This document shows, in pieces, positions 28,874 to 38,142 of a stretch of 64,000 nt of DNA. Each line of letters starts with the position of its first letter. The first letter of the stretch is position 1. The DNA comes from an uncultured bacterium (GTDB lineage Bacteria > Auribacterota > Erginobacteria > Erginobacterales > Erginobacteraceae): positions 64,001-128,000 of the forward strand of contig CAWGIE010000036.1 in NCBI GenBank assembly GCA_963822585.1, read 5' to 3'. The notes under the pieces were generated by a model. The model saw only the letters and a list, made by a program, of their open reading frames with translations, did not search any database and was not told the origin of the DNA. The translations under genes were made by a program, and so were the position numbers.

Positions 28874-30487
28874 CTATTGCCCGATATACGTGCCCACTTC
28901 CCTCCCTGAGGGAGAGATGGGGGTGTGTTCCTTGATGTAATCGACGACGATATCGGCTATCTGCTCGTCCCGGAGAGTGATGTCCTGGCAGATACCGCCG
29001 ACGCCCAGATACCCGCCATTGTAGAGATAGCTGTTGACCGCGAAGGAATAATCGCGGTCCTCCTCGATCTCCTTGCCGCTGATGGTAATGTGCTTGACCC
29101 ACATGGTGGGGGATCGGGTGATCTTCATCCCGGCGATATACGTCCAGGGAACGGGCGGGTCGGAAGCATGGTGGCTGTAAAAAAGCGGGAAACGGTAGAG
29201 ATCTTTCCCCTTGATTTTAAAGGTAACCAGCCGGTTCTTGAAGGGCAGGGCGTCCTGGACGTCGCGCACTTTGATCGGACCTTTTTTGATATGGCGGCGG
29301 AGAGCGCCCAGATTTTGAATCCCGACGTCGGTTCCGGCAAACTGACGCATCGCCTCGCAGACCAGCGTGCCCAATGATGAGTTCCAGTCGGCGTCCCAGT
29401 CCGTAGTCAGATCGCCGGTGGCGTACCCGATGACCTCCTGCAGTTTCTTCCCCACCACTTCGAAATAAATGTCGGCGTATTTGCTGACGAATTTCTTGAT
29501 CTCCGGGTCTTCCTCCACCTCTTTCAGGTTCATGAAATATCTTTCGAAACGGGTGGAGGTTATCCGCCGATTCTTCACGTCATAGTCCAGGTCGATTCTT
29601 CCCACGGCAAAGTCGCTGTCCACCTCGGGGAAGACGTAGGTATCTTTGATCCTCTCCGGCCGGGGAAGCGTATACTCTCCGACGTAAAACCCGTCCCATC
29701 CGGCCGCGCCGTCGATCAGAACGTCAATTCCTTCGGTCAGCAACGCCGTCGTCCTGTAGTTATCGCTGTCGGTGTGGTCCATGGAGACGATTAAATCCAC
29801 TCCTTTGGCTCTCATTTCTTTGATATATTTGCTTACAATCGGTATGGCGGGGCGGGCCTCCAGGCCTTCGTTCCTGGTTGGATCGAGCCAGAACTCTAAT
29901 TCATGCTGGGCGTAGCCGATGATGCCGATTTTCAAGCCTCCGGCTTCGACGATAGTATATGGTTTTAAATAACTCGGGGGTTCGTCGGTCCCCTCTTTAA
30001 ATGTATTCGCGTTCAGAAACGGGAAAATGGCGTTTCCCGACATCTCTTTTACGGCGTCCGTCCCCAGAGTCCAGTCGAGATTCGACACGGTAATCGAGTT
30101 GTATCCCATCCGGTTCATAAAATCGATGCTCACCCGCCCCTGAAAAAAATTCGCCTCCGAGCTTCCGGTCAGGGAGTTGCCGCCGTCGAGGAGAAGAAAG
30201 ATCCCTTTCTTGGCCGCGACTTCTTCTCTCGTTTTGCGGATATAATGGGCGATGGCGGCGTACCCGCCGTACCGATCGCCGATCGTTATCTTCAGGTCGG
30301 TAAATACCCGCCCCTCGTAAACCTTGTAGGGGAGAAACGAACCTTTATTTCCGGCGGTATAAAGGATCGTGATCGGGATGGTATCTTCCGCGGCAAGGAG
30401 GGGAGAGATCCAGCTGAAAGACAAAAGCAGGATGAGTATTCTATTCATCATCTTAGCTGTTCCTGGCCGGGCCAAAGACTGGGGCAT
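28874..30487 (-). CDS. UshA-like 5'-nucleotidase homolog with degenerate metal-binding motifs
   Basis: GGYAAIA, LLLDGG, FPFLNAN, PYTIVE.GGLKIGIIG, C-terminal NLGALR..I..GPI...LPFKN. Confidence 0.8.
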   Translation of the reverse strand: MPQSLARPGTAKMMNRILILLLSFSWISPLLAAEDTIPITILYTAGNKGSFLPYKVYEGRVFTDLKITIGDRYGGYAAIAHYIRKTREEVAAKKGIFLLLDGGNSLTGSSEANFFQGRVSIDFMNRMGYNSITVSNLDWTLGTDAVKEMSGNAIFPFLNANTFKEGTDEPPSYLKPYTIVEAGGLKIGIIGYAQHELEFWLDPTRNEGLEARPAIPIVSKYIKEMRAKGVDLIVSMDHTDSDNYRTTALLTEGIDVLIDGAAGWDGFYVGEYTLPRPERIKDTYVFPEVDSDFAVGRIDLDYDVKNRRITSTRFERYFMNLKEVEEDPEIKKFVSKYADIYFEVVGKKLQEVIGYATGDLTTDWDADWNSSLGTLVCEAMRQFAGTDVGIQNLGALRRHIKKGPIKVRDVQDALPFKNRLVTFKIKGKDLYRFPLFYSHHASDPPVPWTYIAGMKITRSPTMWVKHITISGKEIEEDRDYSFAVNSYLYNGGYLGVGGICQDITLRDEQIADIVVDYIKEHTPISPSGREVGTYIGQ

Positions 30488-30497
30488 GAGAAAAAAC

Positions 30498-31526
30498 TCA
30501 GTCCTGACCTGACTGTTCCCAATTATTCAGCATCTCGGGAATGAGCGTGGTGGCGATATCGATGGTGGCGTTCTTCAGCGCGGTCTTGGCGGCGATCCCT
30601 TCGGCCAGGTCCACCGCCGTCTCGGTCTTCCTCCCGATCGCCAGGATGCGGGCGGTGGAGGTGTCGATCGCCCTGATCTCCACCCGGGCTTTGCTCGTGA
30701 TCAACGAACCGGTGCGGGCGGCGAATTCACTGAAGGCCTCCCCGATCAGGATTACGTCCACCCGTTTGGTGAGTTGGGGCGGTTTTATGGTGCTGTCCTC
30801 CAGGTAGGAGCGGGCCCAATCGCTCAGGACCTCGTCGCCCTGCTGGACAACCTCGAATCCGCACTTTTGCAGGATATAGATCATCTCCGTCTCGGCGGCG
30901 GGATCGATCACGCGCCGGTCGATATGTTCCTCACGAATCCCTACCGAAATCAATGGCAGCTTCTTTCCCTTCATTTTCTCGCGGAGGAGGGCAATCCGGT
31001 CCTCTTGCGGCAGGGGTTCGGGTAAAAGCTCAGCCCGCTTATCTTCTATGGTTTTGGTGATCTTATCGGCGATCTGATCGATCAGGGCGGTCAGCTTTTC
31101 CGTGAGGGGACCTTTAACAACGTCTCCAAAGACACGGGTAGTCTCGGTCCCGATGATCTTGGATACGATCACCAGCTCGCCATCGATAGGGAACGCCCTC
31201 CCGGTAACCAGTATCTTGGCGCCGATCACCCGGCCGACCTGGACGGCTTGAGCTTCATCCACGATCCCGGTCTTGCTCAGCCCCATTTCGGCCAGGATTT
31301 TTTTTATCTCGGCCCGCTCCACCGTCTTCAGGTTCGGGTTGGCGGAGAGGTAGGCGGTCACCATGTCCGCGATCTTCGGGCCCAAATTGTCGATGCCGGA
31401 TTCCGTGGTCTCGAAATCGAAAACGCCGACGCTGACCGGCTCGGCGGCTTCCGCGCAACGGCAGACCAGGTTGGATACCGGCATCAGCACCGACAGCACG
31501 ATGACTATTCCCGCTACCTTTTTCAT
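30498..31526 (-). CDS. CsgG/HfaB family exported protein (two domains)
   Basis: VGVFDFE, KTVERAEIKKILAEMGLS.TG, VGRVIGAKILVTG; GGAGGAG RBS before ATG 31526. Confidence 0.82.
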   Translation of the reverse strand: MKKVAGIVIVLSVLMPVSNLVCRCAEAAEPVSVGVFDFETTESGIDNLGPKIADMVTAYLSANPNLKTVERAEIKKILAEMGLSKTGIVDEAQAVQVGRVIGAKILVTGRAFPIDGELVIVSKIIGTETTRVFGDVVKGPLTEKLTALIDQIADKITKTIEDKRAELLPEPLPQEDRIALLREKMKGKKLPLISVGIREEHIDRRVIDPAAETEMIYILQKCGFEVVQQGDEVLSDWARSYLEDSTIKPPQLTKRVDVILIGEAFSEFAARTGSLITSKARVEIRAIDTSTARILAIGRKTETAVDLAEGIAAKTALKNATIDIATTLIPEMLNNWEQSGQD

Positions 31527-31556
31527 GATCTCTCCTCCCTTTTTTGATTTATTTTC

Positions 31557-31836
31557 GGTTCTCATCCATTTTGTGTGGGTAAGTGGCAGTTTGCCATATT
31601 ATCTCGAAGACTGAAATTTGAATAAGCAGGTTATAAAGATGCCACCCTCCCCCTAACCCCCTCCCATCCAGGGAGGGGGAATCGGACTGGCCCCGGCCCT
31701 CCTCCCGTGATTAAGGCTGACCCCGGTACTCCTCCCCCCTTGATGGGGGGAGGTTGGGAGGGGGGTGATCAGCAAGGCTCGAAAATCAGCTATCATATAT
31801 ATTGATGAATTTATTCATACAAAATGGGAGAGAACT
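31557..31836. mobile_element. MITE-like element with about 20-bp terminal inverted repeats and internal REP-like hairpins
   Basis: gttctcatccattttgtgtg (31558-31577) inverted to catacaaaatgggagagaac (31816-31835); internal ccctcccc..ccccctcccatccagggagggg and ctccccccttgatggggggaggttgggagggggtg; related terminus at 28717-28740. Confidence 0.65.
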
Positions 31837-31840
31837 CTTG

Positions 31841-32845
31841 TTAATTAAATCTCCGAGAAGGCATTGTTATATAGCGCAGCATATTGGCGAGGAGGATCCC
31901 CGCTACCGGCTCACTCGAAAAGGATTCGCAGACCGGAAGCTGGCAGAAAAGTACCGGCCGGCCGTCGAGGTTGTCTTCCAGGAGCAGCGAGCCTTCCCGG
32001 TTCACTCCGGCCGCCGGCAGTTCCAATAATGCCCGGCAGTTACTCCCGAAAGGCGTGTTGAGAGGGCGCGCAGGTTCGTCTTCTCCCCTCCAGTTATGGA
32101 AATCTTCGGCGCTAAGACCCGAAAAAACCGGATGACCCGGCGCTATAATAGTCGGCTCCGCCACCCGGGAAAGCGGCCGGGAGAGCATTCTGAACGAGAG
32201 TTCCGCCGTCGGCACGTTCTGCCGGAGGCAGAGTATCCCCCCCGTAATGACGGAATTTTTCGCCAGGAGATGAAAGAGGTTGCTTCGTGTGTTCGTGACG
32301 GCCCCGGGGCCTATTATCAACGCGTCTCCCCGGAAAAATAACAGGGAGAGATCGGTGGTGACTTCGGAATAGCCGATCCCCAAGGAAGTGAACAAGTCCT
32401 TTACTTCACCCCCCGGATCGAAGAGGCCGATCTTCATCCCCCGGAGAACTTCTCTGAGAAGGGCGGCGTTGTCTCGGGGAAAGATATGGAAAGGAAATAT
32501 CCTGTCTCCGAGCAACGTATCTCCGGACCGGAAGGCGACCGCCCAGGTGAGTTTGGCCTGCCTTTGTACCTCGGGGAGATGAAGTGTAACGCGGACGTCC
32601 CCTCCCCTGCCGGCGGATTGCTTGACCATCGCCAGTCCCTTCTCGATAACCGCCGTCTCAACCAGTGTGGCCCAACGGCACTCTATGTCTCCCCCGGGAG
32701 AAAAATCTTCAAACGACAGGGTGCGACTGATGGTGTCGCCGGAAAAGAAACGGTTATCGGCTTCCGCCGCTCCGTCATAGTGAGAGAACACCGGCAACGG
32801 ATTTAAAAACAGGACCAGGAACACGCTGGCGCTATATTTTTTCAC
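31841..32845 (-). CDS. Hypothetical exported protein
   Basis: 334 aa with signal peptide; HPVFSGL..EDF.NW segment; operon-coupled. Confidence 0.65.
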   Translation of the reverse strand: MKKYSASVFLVLFLNPLPVFSHYDGAAEADNRFFSGDTISRTLSFEDFSPGGDIECRWATLVETAVIEKGLAMVKQSAGRGGDVRVTLHLPEVQRQAKLTWAVAFRSGDTLLGDRIFPFHIFPRDNAALLREVLRGMKIGLFDPGGEVKDLFTSLGIGYSEVTTDLSLLFFRGDALIIGPGAVTNTRSNLFHLLAKNSVITGGILCLRQNVPTAELSFRMLSRPLSRVAEPTIIAPGHPVFSGLSAEDFHNWRGEDEPARPLNTPFGSNCRALLELPAAGVNREGSLLLEDNLDGRPVLFCQLPVCESFSSEPVAGILLANMLRYITMPSRRFN

Positions 32846-33834
32846 TGGGTAAAAAGGGGTTGATCTGTTCGACCGTGGCCAGGACCTCGATCTGGTAGAG
32901 TTCGTTGCCCGGGAGGACGGAGCCGAGGACGGCTACCTTCCCCGGCGTGAGGGAAGATAAAGCGAAAAGCCGGGCTTCCTTTCCGTCGGTTTCTCCGATC
33001 CGGCGAAAGACCAGATCCACGTCGATAGTGATTTTCCCTCCCGCTTCAATCCGGGGCGTGGTACGAAGCTGGTACGTTAAACCGGAATCCGGCGACAGGG
33101 CAAAGCTGTTGATTATCTCCTGGGAGTTCCTGACGATAACCCGGGGGGACGAAACGGTTCTGCCTTCAGGTTCGCCGTCGCGGCGGAGGATCTTGAAATC
33201 GAGAAAGAGTAATGCCTGCTGGAGATCAGCGCCTCTCTTCGGCTCGCCGTCGGCGAGGTCAAAGTCAACTTGCTTCCCGTCAATCGTTACCCACTTGACG
33301 GGGAGGGAGAAACTTTGCTGGATGCCCCGGAACAAGGAGAGGTCTTTCCGGATATCCTTGGCCAGGATAACGGCGTTTCGGCGGCTCCGCGCCCCGGTTT
33401 GGTTCTCCGGCTTGATTCAATTCAGCCAGGGTATCTTCCGATTCCAGGCGGAGTTCTTCAATCCGCGATTGCAGGGTGGTTAATTTCCAGATGAGGCCGA
33501 CACCGACCAGGAACAGAAGGCCGGCGGCGACGGCCAGGGCTGGCTTCCACCAGGTCCGGGAGAAGAAAGGCGATACCTGAGGCCGGGAAATTTTTTCGGT
33601 TTCGGCGAGGATTCTTTTCCTCATCCCGGGCCAGCGCGCGGCCCATGTCTCCGGTGACGGTTCGTCGGCGAGCACGATCTCCCGGGAGAGCCGCTCGGCC
33701 TCTTTCATCGTCTCCAGAACTCCCCGGCAGGCAGCGCAGGTCTCCAGGTGCTCCTCCAATTCTTGCCGCTCGGCGGGATTTAAGGCCCCGTCGAGATAAT
33801 CCGATAACATCTTTTCCCGATCTGAACAGTTCAT
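32832..33834 (-). CDS. zf-HC2 anti-sigma factor with periplasmic domain; split by a frameshift near 33410
   Basis: LSDYLDG...EEHLETCAAC, TM helix, coiled coil; the second frame (AVILAKDIRKDLSLFRGIQQ...) continues into ORF 32832-33335. Confidence 0.75.
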
Positions 33835-33871
33835 GGTCTCGCTTTCCTATACATATTTATTTTATGCATAT

Positions 33872-34090
33872 GCTGCTCGGAAAGGCATTCGAGCAAGAAA
33901 TCATAAATCCCAATGACCCAATACTCACAATATCGCCGGTTTGAGCTCCTTTGTTTGGAATTTTTCAGTTTGGGTCAGCCTCCTTCGCCAAAGTAGCCTT
34001 TTGGCTACGGCGGCTGAATTTGATATTGTTTCGGATTTAGTATTTCGACATTAGGATTTAAGAGCTTATGAGTTTTTTCGAATAAGCTCT
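33872..34090 (-). mobile_element. MITE-like AT-rich palindromic element, copy 3 of 3
   Basis: gctgctcggaaaggcattcgagcaag ... agagcttatgagttttttcgaataagctct; nested hairpin at about 33976-34016. Confidence 0.7.
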
Positions 34091-34092
34091 TT

Positions 34093-34683
34093 CTATCTCT
34101 CCTCCCGATAATCGGCGAGCCGTTCCCGCAGATGCTGCCGGGCCTTGAAAACCCGCCAGGAGATCGTCCCCTCCGAGCACCCCTCGATCTCCGCCGCCTC
34201 CCGGTGGGAGAGGCCCTGAAAACAACCAGGACCAGGGCCCTCCGAATAGGATTGCTCAGAGAATCGATGGCGGCCCAGACGGCGGCGCGGGTTTCCTTAT
34301 TTGGTGATGAGGGTTCCTTTTCTGCCCTTCGCTGACTTTTGTTAACGAAGTCCGCTATCGATCTCGGGCGGCAAGACGATATTCGCTTCGCCGTTTTTTC
34401 CGGTAATTAATGCAGAGATTGACCACGATTCTATACAACCAGGTAGTAAAGACGTCGAACCTCCCCGGAATGTTTTCAAATTCCGATACGCCTTGATAAA
34501 CGCTTCCTGCAGCATATCCTCGGCGTCCGCGTGATTGCCCAAAATCTGGAAAGAGACGGAGTAGACCCGTCTTCCGTACGTATCGATCAATTCCTCCAAA
34601 GCTTCCAGATCCCCCTCCCGGCTTCTCCGGATAAGGATCTTTTCAGTCTCACAATCCGATTTTCGTTTCATTAACTTTGACAA
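34093..34683 (-). CDS. ECF RNA polymerase sigma factor (frameshifted as assembled)
   Basis: Region 2 DAEDMLQEAFIKAY, then other frames FTTWLYRIVVN and region 4 GLSHREAAEIEGCSEGTISWRVFKAR; TAG at 34093. Confidence 0.85.
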
Positions 34684-34849
34684 TCCTAATGCGGATAACC
34701 TTGGCTTTTAATTCGGATTATTTGATGAAAATCGAACATTGCCGCTAATGAATCCAGGTTATCGATTATCGCTCAACGCATTACGAATATCAATCTCGTT
34801 TTGCTTCCTCTATCCGGAATTTTACTCTTTTTCTTCGAAAAAATATTTA

Positions 34850-34909
34850 AAAAAAGCCAAGGATCCCACCATCTCGATTGTCAGATCATACGTCAACGCC
34901 ATTGGGAGT
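34850..34909. repeat. About 55-bp conserved motif, copy A (others at 55067, 57709, 60569)
   Basis: aaagccaaggatcccaccatctcgattgtcagatcatacgtcaacgccattgggag. Confidence 0.85.
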
Positions 34910-37244
34910 TTGTCACAATCGAAATGGATACGATCGATCCCTTGAACCGAACCATTCATTCCGATTACGATGAACTGGATCGAGTGGTTAAAATTACTGA
35001 GCCTTTGGGGAGAATTACCAAGTATCGTTACGACGGAAACGGCAACCGGGTCAAGACAATAAATCCCCTGAATGTAGAGACCGTTTTTACTTATAATGGT
35101 TTGAATAAGGTCGCCTCCATCACCCAGCCCGTTAATGAAGGATCAATAACTTCCGTGACTACTTATTTTGAATATGACTGCCTCGGAAATAGGACCCTTG
35201 TCATTGACGGCAAGGGAAATCAGACTCAATATGAGTATAATCTTGACGGGAGATTGAGCAATGTGACCAATGCCAATAACGAGACCATTGACTATACTTA
35301 TTATCCCGGTGGTCAGCTAAAAACCCTGACCGACGCCATCGGCCACGTGACTTTCTATACTTATGATGATGCGAATAAACTGATTGAGACCACATATGCC
35401 TACGGAACCGCTAACGAACGAGTGGAATCTTTTACCTATGATGATGCCGGCAATATGATCGGCAAAACTTTGAGATCCGGTGAAACAATTACTTTTGAAT
35501 ACGATCTTATCAATCGGATGACTAAGAAAACCATCCCCGGCGATCCGGACAAAGTGACCGATTATGTTTATGACGATCTGGGCAGGATGACCTCCGTCAC
35601 CGACGAGAACGGGACCATCGCCTACGTCTTCGATGACGCCAACCGACTACTCTCCGTGACGTTCCCCGATGATAAGACGCTCGCTTATGAGTATGATTTG
35701 GTCGGGAACCGGACCAGGATAACTTACAGCGACGAAAGCTATGTTGAATATACCTACGACGCACTGAACCTATGGACCAGGTTATCGACCAGGAAGAGAA
35801 TGTCCTGGCCGATTATTCCTACAATGCCGTGAGGCGGACCGGTCTTCAGTATCTGAATGGGACTTCCGTCAGTTACGATTACAATGATGCTAACTGGATC
35901 ACGGCCCTGTTCAATACCCAGTCAGACCAGGGCGATATATCAGAGTTCGCCTACACTCACGACGAGGCCGGCAACCGCCTGACCAATACCGCGAGCTGGG
36001 GAACCCAGACGTATTCTTACGACAACATTTACCAGGTCACCCAGGTGGATTATCCGGACGGTTATCCCTTCTCCGACATGACCTATTACTATGATCCGGT
36101 GGGGAATAGGGACTCAACCATCGACGGCGGGACGGTGAATTACGAGAATAACGAACTCAATGAGTACACTTCCGTGGACTGGACGACTTTTACCTCCGAC
36201 CTTCGGGGAAATCTTACCAATGATGGAAGCAACATTTATTCTTATGACCTGGAAAATAAACTGACTGCTGTCAACAGCAATATCAACTATGAATATAATC
36301 CGTTTGGCTTAAGAATCGGTAAGACGGTTGATGGGGACACCACCAACTACGTTCTGTACAATAATCGTGTGATTGAAGAATGGGAAGATGAAAATCTGGT
36401 CAGGAAATTCATCTATGGGGTCGGGATAGACGAGCCTCTGGTGATGGAGACGGGAGGGAATAGGTATTTCTATCACTTTGATGCCCTAGGCAGCGTTCAA
36501 AATCTAACAGATTCAACTGGAACAATTCTTGCCACGTACAAGTATGATATTTATGGAGATTTTCAGATCAGCGGAGATGCCCACGGCAATCCCTATACCT
36601 TCACCGGTAGGCGTTATGATCCGGAGAGTGCATTATTTTATTACCGAGCCAGGATGTATTCGGTAGAAATTGGGAGGTTTCTACAGGCTGATCCAATTGG
36701 ATATAAAGCAGGGCTAAATATATATACTTATGTGTTAAATAATGTTAATAATAATATTGATTCTTCCGGATTGTATTCTGGTTTCAGTGACTGGACCACT
36801 GAGGATTTTGTTAACATATATTTAGCGGGATATGGTTTGCCTGTTGATTTAGAGGAAGCAGGTTTGCTTGATGAAGTAATTACTTCTGCTGGAGCTTGTA
36901 TAGAACAGGCGGAAGTAATCGTACTTGTCGCGGCTACCACTGTTGGAAGGAGTTTAAAATGTCCTGAAGGAGGAAACGCAGAAATTAGTAATACATTGTC
37001 ATGCAAATTTGATGCAACTGCAAATATTTTTGTCTTAGGCAATACTACATTACTAACAGATTACAAGTGTAATATCTCAGCAGATTGCACTAACTGCAAT
37101 TATTCATATTCTTGCAATTTACATCATAGAATAAGAGATTCATTTGAAGATCCCCTTGATATAGGGGTAGAAATTCCCTTTTCTGTGCCATATGATATAA
37201 CAGCAGATTGGTATAGTAATCTTTCAGGTGGAGGGAAATTATGA
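34910..37244 (+). CDS. Rhs cassette 1: YD-repeat core + variable C-terminal toxin (colicin M-like); N-truncated, frameshift at about 35771
   Basis: YD repeats, FTGRRYD, YYRARMY, GRFLQADPIG, IDSSGL; aacc-t-atgg here versus aacc-gg-atgg in sibling copies. Confidence 0.88.
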
Positions 37245-37966
37245 TGACCAAAATATATAAGCTTGGAAATATATTTAGTATAATTATTTTAGTAGTTATT
37301 CATTTGAATTGCGAGGGGAGATTTTCTGATTATTCTTTTGAGTTGCAAAATGGTTATAGTTTTATGAGATGGCGCGGGGATGGTTTTGGCAAGGAAATTC
37401 AGGATGCAAATAAGGAAACAATTATAGCTTATGTTGGAGCCTTCAATACTAAAGGCAATTTAATCTTTGGATATTCTGAAAAGCCAGTAAAATATTACCC
37501 TAAGACTGAATATAACCAAGAATATTTTATTATAGATACAAAAAATCATACTATAAATAAGGGATTATCAAAAACTGAATGGTTTGATGTGATATCGCAA
37601 TATGGGATTAATAAATCTCCAGTGTTGTACCGCCCCAATCGATTTTGGGGGATAACAAAGTTATTTTTCCAAAGAGGCATAATGATAGATAAACAGGACA
37701 ACAAATTTTTAAAATCAACTAAAAAGACTCGAATATTGACGGAAGAAAAACAGAATTCGTATAATCTTATAGATATCAATACCGCCGACGCTGAATTATT
37801 AGAAAAGCTTGATTCGGTTGGTCCAATTACAGCAGCTAAGATATGTTATGAAAGAGAGAAAAATGGCCCTTTTCATGCATTAGAAGAAGTGGCTTCCAGA
37901 GTAAAAGAAATTAATTTAAAAGTGATTTCGAAATGGGAAGGAAAAGCCTTTTGCGGTCAACAATGA
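37241..37966 (+). CDS. Putative immunity protein with C-terminal ComEA-type helix-hairpin-helix
   Basis: ATGA overlap with toxin stop; N-terminal hydrophobic segment; IDINTADAELLEKLDSVGPITAAKI..EREKNGPF. Confidence 0.7.
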   Translation: MMTKIYKLGNIFSIIILVVIHLNCEGRFSDYSFELQNGYSFMRWRGDGFGKEIQDANKETIIAYVGAFNTKGNLIFGYSEKPVKYYPKTEYNQEYFIIDTKNHTINKGLSKTEWFDVISQYGINKSPVLYRPNRFWGITKLFFQRGIMIDKQDNKFLKSTKKTRILTEEKQNSYNLIDINTADAELLEKLDSVGPITAAKICYEREKNGPFHALEEVASRVKEINLKVISKWEGKAFCGQQ

Positions 37967-37986
37967 ATTGGCATGGATAGTCTGAA

Positions 37987-38142
37987 AATTGGGGTCACCC
38001 ATTGAAGGTTGATTGTCAAGGGACGCAAAATCTCCGTAATCAAAAATATCTAAAAATCTTTTTGATTAACACGTCACCACAATCAAGTCCAATACGATTT
38101 CCCGCACCTGTTATTTCTTAGGGTTTTGATTCCGGAAGATAG
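37987..38142 (-). mobile_element. 156-bp fragment of the IS110-like element end
   Basis: Near-identical to 54275-54430. Confidence 0.75.

Noticed and set aside
34801..34909. ORF-track N-terminus of Rhs1 (MLPLSGILL...)
   Set aside because: It is read-through of the AT-rich border and the 55-bp motif, not Rhs sequence.
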